64,000 bases of DNA from the human T2T-CHM13v2.0 reference genome, Homo sapiens. Below the pieces are notes generated by a model that had not been told where the DNA came from, did no database searches, and was given only the letters and a program-made list of their open reading frames with translations. The stretch lies in NCBI RefSeq assembly GCF_009914755.1, contig NC_060941.1; one strand, given 5' to 3'. The position numbers and the translations under genes are program-made. Shown here one piece after another: positions 1-19,749 of this stretch (positions are counted from its first letter, which is position 1; each line of letters opens with the position of its first letter).

Positions 1-45
1 GGGTTCCCACTCCCAGGCAACATGGACTACAATGGTTATCATCAG
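1..45 (+). CDS. DNAH9: Axonemal dynein heavy chain, partial internal exon (GFPLPGNMDYNGYHQ)
   Basis: Open frame from base 1, ends CAG|GTGAG at 45; joins in frame to [11 protein letters not shown] of the next exon. Confidence 0.9.
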
Positions 46-318
46 GTGAGACTCTGCTCTGTGCTTCTGATGTCGTGAGGGTGCTCACAGGGCCCTGGGT
101 ATTCCTCCCACGCCGACCTGCACCACCAGGGAAGCCTCTGCTGGGACATCACCATGGGCTGCAGGCAGGGGCTGAGGCAAAAGGGCTTAGACAGCTGAGC
201 TCATGTCAAATCTGGTCCTATGCCCCAAGCCTGCCCTGTTTAAGTTGAGAGATACGGGATTTCTAGCCTCAAATTAATAATCAAATGGAGCCTTTGGAGA
301 TCTTTCGATTCTTGATGA

Positions 319-1648
<1,330 letters not shown>

Positions 1649-2321
1649 CGAAAGATATTTTTTAGCAGTTTTTATTGGTAGGCTTTTGAACATGCCTAGA
1701 AAAACTCTTGAATATAAAACATAAGGGAAATATTGATCACAGGAATATTAACTGCAAGCTTTAAAAAAATTTCTTTAATTCATTAAACTTAAGGGTAAAT
1801 CGTAAAAGTCATTTGATCCAGAAAAATTGGACCTATAAGAGGAGATTTAAAACAATAAAGCTCTTTAAGGAAAATAAGAGGAAATGTTTTTAACTACTTC
1901 ACCAAAGGCAAAAAGGCTTTTCCCGGGAAAATTGTGCAACAGCGTCCCCTAGTGTCCATGGGATAATTCGACAGGAGGCTGGAGCAAGTAACAGGCAAAG
2001 GAAGTCTGTTTTTCTTATTCAGCAAGGGTGAAATCGATTTGCACATTTCCAAATGACTGAGGTACACTCTCTTTCTTATACTTCTCTTTAATGTGTTAGT
2101 TAATAGATGGTTCTAGGGCATCTACATAGAGTCCAGGCCTGCACAGAACGCTGGAGGAAATACAAAAATGAACATACAGATCGGCCCTTGAGGAATGGGC
2201 AATCTATTAGGCTAGGTGTTAATAACACCAAGGAATCGTCAAAATCATATCAGGAACGGAACTTGAGGGATATTTTCCCACCATCGTATAAAGAGCCATG
2301 AAGAGGCGCTCAAAACATTCA

Positions 2322-2650
2322 GAGCCAGGCGCGGTGGCTCCCGCCTGTAATCCCAGAACTTTGGAAAGTCAAGGCTGGAGGATCACTTGAGCTGATGAGT
2401 TAGAGACCAGCCCAGGCAACATAGTGAGACCTCATCTCTACAAAAAATAGAAATAAAAAATCGGCTTGAGCATGGTGGCATGTACCTGTATTTCCAGCTA
2501 CTTGGGAGACTGAGGTGGAAAGCACTTGAGCCTGGGAGGTGGAGGCTTTAGTGAGCTGTGTACTCTACTGTACACTACTGTACTCTAGTTTTTTCAGCAG
2601 AGTGAGAGCCTGTCTCACACACACACAATAAAATAAAATAAAATAAAACT
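2322..2650 (+). mobile_element. Alu (J-like)
   Basis: Diverged Alu dimer with (TAAAA)n tail. Confidence 0.85.
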
Positions 2651-3326
2651 GAGCCTTAGCCGCTGGTTAGGATTTTTAGGCATTAGGCATGGCAGACTCT
2701 AGCCACTAGCACTGGCCACAGAAAGGAGCTGCTAGGGTGACACATAGTTTCAAAATTTTTTTTATTTGAATACCTTTCACCAGGGGCGCAAACTCTCCAG
2801 TTCGCAGCCAATCTCACCTCCTTCGTCCTAAGCCCAATTCACTTGTTTATTTTGCATGTGCCATCCCATGTACATGTTCAGGTTTGTCATATCTGATTTA
2901 GATGGAGGGGAGAGAAAAGAAGGAAAGGTCTGGAATCCTAGAAGAGCTTACGTAAAATCACTAGGGAGGGATTCGTATTTTTGAAAGACTATGAGAAGTC
3001 CTCCTCTGGTCTGCAGGAAAAAGAGTCATCAGGGAGGAGTGGGAGGCATTGGGTGTGGAGATAGATAAAGTCATCTAAGCCTCCCAGAAAAAAGAGAATG
3101 ATAGAATGAATGTGGAAGTTTTGGGAAACGGGTCCAGCCGACAAAAATGGATGATGTCAAGGTGCACTAATAGGTGGAGAGGGTGATGAAGTCAACCAGG
3201 GATGGTGAGCAGTGTCCCCTGGAGGAGGGATACTAGCCCATGGACTCCCTGCAGAGGACAAGCCGGTGTGGGAGATGGGAGGTACGTCCTGGTTTCTTTT
3301 TAAGTGAGCTTGCCCTTGATTTTCAG

Positions 3327-3497
3327 TACATCGATGCTGAGCTGCCCCCAGAATCCCCCTACCTCTATGGCCTCCACCCGAACGCAGAGATTGGCTTCCT
3401 GACCCAAACCTCAGAAAAGCTCTTCCGCACTGTGCTGGAGCTGCAGCCTCGGGACAGCCAGGCCAGAGACGGAGCGGGCGCCACAAGAGAAGAAAAG
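3327..3497 (+). CDS. DNAH9: Dynein heavy chain exon, 57 aa ([23 protein letters not shown]...TREEK)
   Basis: tttcag| acceptor, AAG|gtgtgt donor, 171 nt phase 0; contains the dynein GLHPNA motif. Confidence 0.95.
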
Positions 3498-4164
3498 GTG
3501 TGTGTGGTGGGGACTGCCTGAGGTCGTTCTGGGGGACCCCGAGGATCATAGATGCACACCTTTCTCCTGCTGGCCATTTTGGCAGTACACAGCATAGACA
3601 ACACACAAAGCACCAACCACCTGCAGCCTGGAGATGCTTGCCTGTCACCGCCAAGAGCCTCTCCCCTCCCGTCATCACCATGCTGGCCATCAGTTAAATC
3701 ATAGGAAGTCCCTGCCATTGGGTTCAGCAGTTTTCTTTGCCAGTCCACCCAAAGTCCATTTTTATTCAGCTTCTCTGCCAAAGTGAAGAAAGGGCAGGGC
3801 TGAACAGTGGTGGCTTGGGAACCTTGAATGTGACTTCTTGATCCCCTGGCAAACCAAGCAAGGATGGGTAAGGGGTTGCCCCTGAGCACCCCCACCTCAG
3901 TTCACCAACCAGATGCCAGTGGGGAAGAACACAGTCCTTCATAATGCAAACGCCTTCCCTTCGTGTGAATGGCTTCTAGTCCGAGAGTCTCTAAATACAC
4001 AGTTACCTGCCACTAAGCACAGGACTTCCTGAAATTTTAGGAAGGTGGAAGGGAATTATGGAGTAGAAAGGCAGACCAGGGTGAGGTGTGGGTTTCAGGA
4101 CAACCCAAGGCAACATGGGGGCTCTGATCCTGGTGTGGGGGTAGCTGAAGATAAAGAAAGAATG

Positions 4165-4872
<708 letters not shown>

Positions 4873-5782
4873 CTAGCTGGGTTCTTTAATTTAGAGATGC
4901 CATTAGGTTTACAAGTAAACATCCTTGGGAAGATTATCAAACTTTTAGCCTCTAGAGACTGATTTTAGGAAAGCAAACTGATACTAAAAGAGTTGGACTT
5001 TTATATAAAGGTATGGAGTCATGTCATCAAAATAGTATTTCTCAAATTTTAATATGCCTAAGAATGTGCCAGAGAGATTGAAATTCTGACTCCGAGGTCT
5101 GGGGTTAGGTTGCATTGGCAACCTAGTGATTTTGATGAGGTGAGCATACTTCGAGAAAGCTGCTCCATATCACTCTACTCAGTCTATTCCACTATTTGAT
5201 GTATAATTTGAAAATAAAGAGAAGAACCCACCCAGAATGAATAATGTTCCTAGATCTAAAACTGGAAAAGGCTGAGACTGTATAAGTAATAGACTTAGAA
5301 TTCTTCAGTCAAGGTTCAAAGAAGGTTCTAATGCTTATCATTTCCTTATCCCCTCCCCCAGCTAACCCAAGAAATGGGGTGTGTATGTGCTTGTGTATTT
5401 CAGAAATGATATGAACTGTGATCACTTGCCATGCACAATGCTGTGTGGGACACGTGTGCAGGTTACTGGGTGCACATCTGATTGTGCAGTATCCCAGTAT
5501 TTGGCCATGGTGGTGTTTCTCACATAGCTCACATGTTCCTATGAGCTATCTTCCTTCCTGTCCACACCGCAGGTCAGCTCAAGATGAGGGGCAAAGAGTC
5601 AAAGCCCAGAGAGTATTTTGTTGTTAAGAAGTAAATGACCGAGAGGTTGTACACTCCACATACACTCATGAACTCTTGACTCAATTCTGTTCCCATGTTT
5701 ACATCTATATGAAGGGAAGCTGGGGATTTTAGTATATAGCTAAAGAGAAGGAGTGAGAAGGGAGGTTGGCATGTTAGATACA

Positions 5783-5930
5783 TGGATGGATGGATGGATG
5801 GATGGATGGATGGATGGATGGATGATGGGTAGATGGGTGATGATGGATAGATAATTGATGGATGAATGGATGGATGGATGGGTGATGGGTAGATGGGTGA
5901 TGGATGGATAGTGGGTGGATGGACGGATGA
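5783..5930 (+). repeat. (GGAT)n microsatellite, partly degenerate
   Basis: Direct reading. Confidence 0.95.
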
Positions 5931-7672
5931 TAGAGGAATAGAGTTATGTACACTGAAGGGCATCTGCAGGAATATATACCAAAAAACCAATAGTTGAACA
6001 GTGTTTTTCTCCCACAGGGGGAAGAGTTAAGACTATAGGAGGACTTTGCTTCTAATATCATGTGTATCAGAAATGTTTAGATTTTTCTGATAAGCATTTA
6101 TTACTTTTCCAGAAAGGAAGAAAGCAGAAGTGTTTGTCTGTGGAAATAAGGTGGACTCCGTCCCTTGGAACCCACTCCTCCTATCTGAAAGAGTCTCTGG
6201 GTTCCCTGAGCAAAAGAGGGGCCCCGCATACGTCTGTGGACCTGGGTCCTTCCCTATCAGCCCTCTCCCTCCTCAGGCCCCCACACTCTTTACAGCCTAA
6301 TCAGAGATGAACCAGAACTCTGTGTCCCCACGTCCTGTGTATTTTGGAACAATACCTCCAGACGATCTTTTCGTCTCTTTGTAAATAATGTCCAAATGGA
6401 AGCTCGCTGATATAGAGCTGTTTTTTCAAACTCTGCTCCAGAGAAAAATATATATATAATTTTAGCCATTTGTCTTCTACCCCAGCAGCTGCTCTCAGGT
6501 ACCATTAAAATCCGATTCCAGTTTTTGCTATGACAGCACCAAAGACCCATTCGTGACAGAGTGATTGGTTTTTACTTTCTTTTTTCTAACATCAGCTCTT
6601 TTCCTGGAGATGGCATTGTGTGTTAACAATACAAGGCAAGGTGAATATTTATCATCCTTTACACTTATATAGTTCTTCATAGCTTTCAGAGACTGCCACA
6701 CTCATCAGCTCATTTGATTTGATCTTCACATCAACTCTGGGAGTTGGGAAAGGGGACAAGTGGAGAAAAAGACACTCTTGGAAGTGTTTACAGCTGGAGA
6801 AAATTGAGGCCTAAGTAACTTGCTTATGTTCACATGGGTAATGCAGGGCAGAACTGTATTAACTCGGTCAGGCCTCCTTGGCTGCAAGCTATAGACACCA
6901 ACAGAGCTTAACTAGGCAAGAAATGGCTCACTCTATCAAGGGAGTCAGCCTAAGAAGAGATAAAAAATCACGATGGCTCTAGAGTCCCAGGTAAAAGAAG
7001 GGTAGACTGCCCTTTCCAGGCGCCCCCATCCTGCCAGTGGTTCCTTGGATTCCAGGCTTGAGATTCAAATCATTGTGCTCCTGGGAAACATAATCTGATT
7101 GGCCTAACTTGGCTCAGGGGAAACTGGGCCCAGTGACTAAACATAAACATAAAACAATGGGGAAGACATAGTTTCACAAAGGAGATAGGGAATTGTTCCT
7201 AGAAGGGAAAAGAGATAATGAACAGACAAAAACAGATATCCACCACAGGCACCTAGAGCTCAGCTCTCAGGACTCCAGAAATGGCTGGCGCTCGCTCACT
7301 CCCTCCCTCCTTCCCCTCTCTCCCTCTGTCCCAACCTGCTGGCTGTGTGGTCTATTATGTCTGCACTTTTCATTTTTCTTTCTCTGCTGACAGACCTCCT
7401 GGGCTTACTCATTTATTCCAAAATGGCAGACTCAACCTCCAAGTGCTTGCCCCAAATTAACTCAGAATCTCTGAGCCTCAATTCCAGTTTTCCAGGAGAG
7501 AGACCCTACTTGTCCTAGCTCCCCTGATCTAATTAGCTGACAGTTTGTGTGGGGAAAAGAATCGTGGGGTACAACAGGAGGTTTACATGATAGATGAGGG
7601 TGTTTCTTCCAGAACTCAAGGATAGAAACTGCAGTGTTGCATCATAGAAACTCAGAACTGAGTGGATGACCG

Positions 7673-7713
<41 letters not shown>

Positions 7714-7873
7714 TGATAGATTAGATAGATGGATAGATGAATGACAGATTAGATAGATGATAGATAGATAGATATTGTATATAACTGTATATTGATATAC
7801 TGTATCTGGATATAGATAGATATTGTATATAACTGTATATTGATATACTGTATCTGGATATAGATAGATAGAT
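7673..7873 (+). repeat. (GATA)10 STR plus adjacent 48-bp tandem duplication
   Basis: GATA run 7673-7712; 48-bp unit repeated twice within ~7764-7871. Confidence 0.93.
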
Positions 7874-8276
7874 TTGTCATTGCTGCTCATCACTTCAGCT
7901 TCACATGGCCCACAGGGGCCACCTTTTGGCCCAAGTCTGTCTTATGGCTTTCTAGTTTGATTCCCACAGCCAACTGGATCAGCCTCTGAGTTTTTCAACT
8001 CCAAATTCTTAGAGAGCTATCTGTGTTCATCTTATTATGCTAGGCATGCAAGTCCCAGGAACTTGGCCAGCCTATGAAGAGGTCCTACTGTGGTCAGTCA
8101 GTCCTCAGCCCTGACCTAGTTGACCTCGACAAGCAGGCAAGAGTTTGGCCATGTCAGTGGGTGGAGGGGCAGCAGACGATGGGTGATTGGCATCTCTAGT
8201 CCCACACTGCAGGAAAATGGATTCCTTCTGGAGAATAGAGCCCTTTCTTAACGCTGTGTTTCCTTCTGTGGGGCAG

Positions 8277-8459
8277 GTCAAGGCACTTCTGGAAGAAATA
8301 TTGGAGCGGGTGACAGACGAGTTTAACATCCCAGAACTGATGGCCAAAGTGGAGGAGCGCACCCCTTACATTGTAGTTGCCTTCCAGGAGTGTGGCCGGA
8401 TGAATATCCTCACCAGAGAGATTCAGCGCTCACTGAGGGAGCTGGAGCTCGGCTTAAAG
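8277..8459 (+). CDS. DNAH9: Dynein heavy chain exon, 61 aa (VKALLEEILE...ELELGLK)
   Basis: ggcag| acceptor, AAG|gtgagc donor, 183 nt; dynein C-terminal domain motif VVAFQECGRMN. Confidence 0.95.
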
Positions 8460-8822
8460 GTGAGCGCGGTCTTGTAAGGCATGGAGGGGACATTGCTAGA
8501 GGACACAGATGGACCCCTATGGGGAAGAAGGAGCACTGGGGGACCTGAAAGCTGGGGAGCAGTTGTCCTGCAGCATCCTAGGTGCCCAAAAGTCATCACT
8601 CCCCAGAAACCACAGCCTGGCCATGAGGTTGTCTACAAGAACCAAGATGTTATACAGTCTTTGACATTTCTCGTCAACAAGGAAAGAGTCTACAATTTCT
8701 ACTACCAGTTACTTAAACAAGTTTATTTTCCTCACCTTGAGATGATGTAAAGTGCCTAGCACAGAGCCTGTTAATTACTGTTCACTCCGATGACAGGAAA
8801 TGGAAGCTCTTGCTGCCTTTGA

Positions 8823-9694
<872 letters not shown>

Positions 9695-11229
9695 TTAATC
9701 TCTTAATGTTCTTTCTCCTTCCTCCACCGCACCTCAACATGGGTAGAAGGAAATAAGGAAGGAGAGACAGGAGGGGAATGTTGAAGATGGACAATGTTTG
9801 GTAACGTTTCCAAATTCTGTGCCAGCTTGTAATCAAATGAAGTACAAAATTTCACAGAGTAAATAAGAACTTTGCCTGTTATGTAATGCAGTTCCATTAC
9901 TGAGTACGCAGGTATATATCAGTAACTATCTTGAGTAGGTTTGCTGCCATTTGAAAGGCTTATGGAACTTGGGTAATGTGGCACAGCCTGTTTACCCATT
10001 CGACTTCCAATTCATTCACTCATTTTTCTTTCGAGAGCCTTTGCTGCAGTTGGTGTCATGAATCTCGGAGCTTGCCTGGGCAAAGATGCAGGGTGTGAGA
10101 GGTAGTTGTCTTTTCTTTCAGTCTGATTCAAGCAATGTTGATTGATGAGCCTCTTGGGCAAGTCTCAGCACTGCCTGCTGGAGGGTGCAGAGGAGATTGG
10201 AAAGGGAGCCTTCCCTTGCAGAAGGACAGTCTTGTGGGGAAACAGACACACACACTGATATAAAGCAGGGTGAAATTAATTAAGAGCCACATAGAGAGAC
10301 GCGGGAGAAGAAAGAAGAAACAAGTATTGTGTGTGGGATAAGGAAAGCCCCAGGGAAGCAGTGGCATTGAGGGGGTTCTGGAGGAAGGGTAGGGTTGTGA
10401 CAGGTGATCACAAAAGGCAGGGGCTCCTAGAGGCACAGGGCAGAGCAGCCCACGGTCTGTTCTCAGAGTTAACATGGTTTGGCTGCAGCTACAGGCCCAC
10501 TCAGGTGAGCAACAGTGATAGGGTGAACTTCCAAAAGGTGACAAAACAATGATAGAAAAGTAGCTGGGACCTTTGTCTACTGGTCCCACTGCGAAATGGA
10601 AGATAAACAGAGAAATCTCCATTCAAACTTGCTGTCATGAATCCCAGACTCTCCTTAGGACCATCCCCCAAGCTGGCCTGGTCCTCAGACTCTCCAGAAG
10701 TTTTATCACATGTTCCCATCTCCACGCTCCAGTCCTACCAACCTCTAAGGGTGGGGCCTGGAAGTCCGTAATGTTTCATCACCAGCCAGGAAATTCTTAT
10801 GATGACTCAAGTTTGGGAAGCACAGCATGAAGGTAAGAGGCAAAAGAAAAAAGTTAGACAGTGGTATTTGTGGCAAAATGAAGGTGCAAAGGGGATGGCA
10901 GCAGAGTTCAGAGAAGAGAGTTTTAAGTCTAGGGAATGGATAAAGCTGAGCTGGCCAGAAATGAGAACAGCAGGGAAAAGAGGCAAAACAGGTGACTTGG
11001 CAGGAGGGGTTCGCAGAGTGGTCTGGCCTGTGAGTGAGAGGCGGAGGGCCTAAGTGGGGCAAGTCCCTCAGATGGAGCAGCGAGGAATGTCAGCTCCGAG
11101 CTCTTCCCAGAACACTGGTGGAAGGCACGCTTGGCTTTGCTGACCAGCTTACCTGGCAGGGGGAAGGGGAAGAGGAAATTCTGCTTGAGGTTTTCCTTCC
11201 TCACTTTCTTAGTTTAACAATCACTTTAT

Positions 11230-11526
11230 GCTGGGCTCAGTGGCTCATGCCTGTAATCCCAGCTCTTTGGGAGGCCGAGGCAGGTGGATTGCTTAAGGTC
11301 AGGAGTTCAAGACCAGCCTGGCCAACATGGCAAAACCCCGTCTCTACTAAAAATACAAAAATAAGCCAGGCGTGGTGGCGGGCGCCTGTAATCCCAGCTA
11401 CTACGGAGGCTGAAGCAGGAGAATCGCTTTAACCTGGGATGCTATAACCTGCAGTGAGCCGACACTGTGACACTGCACTCCAGCCTGGGTGACAGAGAGA
11501 GATTCCATCTCAAAAAAAAAAAAAAA
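11230..11526 (+). mobile_element. Alu (S-like)
   Basis: Alu consensus, TSD AATCACTTTA. Confidence 0.9.
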
Positions 11527-11750
11527 ATCACTTTAAAGTTCTGGGACTGTTGGAGCTAAACGATGGGAATACACAGACATACAAAGTGGAATAACCAATA
11601 TTGGAGGTGGCAAAAGGTGGGAAGGAAGGAGGGGGGTGAGGAATGAAAAATTACTTATTGGGTACAGTGTTCACTATTCAGGTGACAAGTGCACTAAAAG
11701 TGAGAATTGCACTACTATGCAATATACACATGTGAGAAAGCTGCACTTGT

Positions 11751-12687
<937 letters not shown>

Positions 12688-13379
12688 CTAAATATATAAC
12701 GGTATTTTAAAATTGAAAAAGAAAAAAAAATGCTTGCAAGCCGAAAAATAAAATAAAATATTCCAGGGCTGTTTCAGGTTGAGCATAGGGAGACAGGTCT
12801 ACCCATGTTAGCCAACACATTAATTGGACAAACCCAAATGCTGTGCCCAGACTGGGCACCAAGGTTAGAAAATGTCTAATTTTTGAAGTCATTAAGTCAA
12901 CACTGTTAGCATTCATGAAAAAGATATTGTTATTCACCATACTTCATATTTGGCTGGATGGGAGGCCATAATGTCTACCTAAAAAGTATTAGCTACTGAA
13001 AAGCACAGCAATGAAAGCCTTGAGGACTACAGGAGCTCAAAGCACACAAAAGTGGTAAAGGAAGGCATCATCTGGGGGCCACAAATATGTTCCCATAGAA
13101 AGGAATTCTTTTGGGAATTCACCACAGTTAGACATCTGTCTCTCAGCCTCACAAGATGAGGAACCAGGTCCTGTGATTATCCCAGAGCTGACTGGAAGGG
13201 GTATTGACTTTCACTAACCAAACTCACAAAAGCCTGATGTACCAAATGCCCAATGGCCAATTTATTCTGTTTCAATAACAACTAGGCATCATTTTCAAAG
13301 GGGCATATACTGACAACAGACTGCCCAGAAATTATCTCCCTATGTAGGAAAACTACAGAAGACAAGTTCTTAGACTTTT

Positions 13380-13695
13380 AATGCCCAATACAGTAGCCAT
13401 TAATGACAGGTGCCTACTGAGCCTTGAAATGGAATAGTCCAAATTGAGATGTGCTATAAGCTTAAATTACACACCACATTTCAAAGCCATAAGACCAAAA
13501 ACTATAAAATAGTCTAGTAATTTTATATTTATTATATATTGAAATGATGTTTGGTATTTTAGATATATTGAGTTAAATAAAAGTTAAATTCACCTGTTTG
13601 GTTTTTTACTTTTAAAATGTGAATTCCAGAAAATTTTTAATTACCTATGTGGCTCTCATATGTGGTTTGCATTCTATTTCATTTAGGCAGTGCAT
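13380..13695. mobile_element. MER33/MER3-like hAT-Charlie DNA transposon fossil
   Basis: Similarity to recalled consensus (CCAAATTGAGATGTGCTATAAG...TACACACC). Confidence 0.65.
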
Positions 13696-13702
13696 ATCTT
13701 AG

Positions 13703-14503
<801 letters not shown>

Positions 14504-15442
14504 TCCTCTGGCTCTTTATTCTGATGCACTGTGTGTTGACTTGAATAGTTCAGGTCTGGAAGGGTGGGCCGTGCTATGGCCCTTTCATCCCCACCCACTG
14601 AGCAGCTATCCTGGCCTCTATGCCTTTGGCCTTCCAGTACTCTACCAGAATACCTGAATAGAAAGGCTGCTGCCAACCCAGCCTGGAGGCCAGCCTGGAA
14701 GGAGTGGGACCCTTATCACTTTCACTTCTTCCCATGTCCTCAGCTCCCAGTGTCTTAAACAAATGAAAGCTCCTCGCCAAGAACATCTTCATAGGGTAGA
14801 AAAAACAGAGAGGAGCTAAGCCTCAGGACAGGCTACAGCATGGAGCCCCTCCAGGAGGGAGGACCTGGGTGCTGCTGCCCTGTCCCCTGGCCCTCTGTGG
14901 ACTGAACGCCCGCTGCATGACCGTGAGCCCAGGGCAACAGCTGCTTCAGACACATCAGAGATCAGAGGCGCCCTTTTCAAATGGAAGTTCCTGGCCTCAT
15001 TCCCAGAGGTATGAGTCCTTAGTTTGGACTACAGCCTACAAATCCAAGCTTTTAACAGGCTCCCTGACTTAAAAGAACGAAGACCTACAGGAAAAATGAG
15101 GTTTTCACTCTGTATTATGCCAAAGAAAGATTATGAAAGCATTTATTGATAGGGATGAATGAAAGGGTTAAGGTCACAGCCAGATAGCCCTCCTATCCTG
15201 AAAAGGGGCCACCCAGCCTGTAGTTCTCCCAGAGTTTCATTGCAATGCCAAAACCGAGGAAGCACCTTGTAGACCCTGAAATGCAGCATTTTCTTGAGCG
15301 AAGGGTCCAGTGTTTTAAGTTTTCTCTTTGTTGACTCTTGACCTGTGAGCAAGTGTGAATATTAATCGCTGTTAAACAGGATTCAGGCCAGAGGAGTTTA
15401 GGAAACTGGTTGAATTAACATAAGTAGGTGTCTTTGCTGTAG

Positions 15443-18430
<2,988 letters not shown>

Positions 18431-18767
18431 TCTCAATTTTTAATTTTATAATTTTAGTTCACTTGCATTTAAATAGCCACATGTGGCTAGTGGCTATCAT
18501 ATGAGACACTGTAAACCTAAAATATATGTATTTGGGTCCTGTAATGTAAGGCCAAGGACAATGGATAAGGATTTGCCTTGTAGCTGTGTTTGCTAAAGAG
18601 ACTATCAGGTAGTTTCCCCATAAAGCACAATACTTCATCCTGCCCCTAAAGGTGAATTTCAGCCCTTCTCTCCTAAAATGGCCTGTAGCCCTTAAAGGCC
18701 ATTTTTTTTTCCATTCACAGCAATCACTTTTCCCACTGACCTCTCTCCTGGTTCTCTTCTCCAGGGC

Positions 18768-19160
18768 TGTATGAGTCAGGTACAGCTGCTGTAACAAAAT
18801 ACCGTAGACGGTGTGGCTTAAACAACAGATATTTATTTCTCACAGTTGTGGAGGCTCAAAGTCTAAGCTCAAGCACCGGCAAATTTGGTTTCTGGTGAGG
18901 GCTCTCTGCTGGGCTTGTAGAGAGGTGTCTCCTCTCTGTGTCCTCAAATGGCAGGGAGGCAGAGCCAGAAAAGGGGAAAGTGGGAGAGAGACTGAGAGAT
19001 TTCTTCCTCTTCTTATAAGGCGAAAGTCCTATCAGATTAGGGCTTCATCCTTATGACGTCACTTAACCTTAATTACCTCCTTAAAGACTCTATTTCCAAT
19101 ACAGTCACATGGAGGGTTGGGGCTTCAACATATGAATTTGCCAGGTACATGGCCCAGTCC
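18768..19160 (-). mobile_element. MLT1-type MaLR solo LTR
   Basis: GCTGCTGTAACAAAATACC...GGCTTAAACAACAG...GGCTTCAACATATGAATTT. Confidence 0.75.
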
Positions 19161-19502
19161 GTAGAGGGGGTTTTCTCACCTGTCCACCCTGCAGCTGCTG
19201 CCCACAGAGAAGTTGCTGCATTAGCCTGACTTACCGTTGGAGCATGCTGTACCCAGACTCAGTGGTTCTACCAGCCACCAACCCACAGCCCTTTTGTGCT
19301 GGTCAGGCCTCAAGCGGCATCAACCTATGACATCAGTGGCTTTACCTTGCTTTTTCCCCTCCTTATCACTCTCATTCACCTGATTCTGATTCTCATTCAC
19401 AAATGGGATGAAGTGAAGTGGTATCAAAGCTACTGGACATTGGGAGTATGTCCTGTTAATGGGCATAATCCATCATGTTTGTTAGAAAAGAAGTGCTGAC
19501 AA

Positions 19503-19749
19503 GGCCAGGTGCGGTGGCTCATGCCTGTAATCCCAGCACTTTGGGAGGCTGAGGCGGGCGGATCACGAGGTCAGGAGATCAAGACCATCCTGGCTAACGT
19601 GGTGAAACCCCGTCTCTACTAAAAATACAAAAAAATTAGCCAGGCGTGGTGGCAGGCGCCTGTAGAGCTTGCAGTGAGTGGAGATCGCCACTGCACTCCA
19701 GCCTGGGCCACAGAGAGAGACTCCAGCTCAAAAAAAAAAAAAAAAAAAA
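19503..19749 (+). mobile_element. AluY-like with internal deletion
   Basis: Right monomer jumps TGTAG|AGCTTGCAG. Confidence 0.88.

Noticed and set aside
3157-3895. 177- and 176-aa minus-strand ORFs
   Set aside because: Antisense shadows of a DNAH9 exon with no recognisable domain
5574-6061. His/Pro/Ser/Ile-rich minus-strand ORFs
   Set aside because: Translation of the (GGAT)n microsatellite
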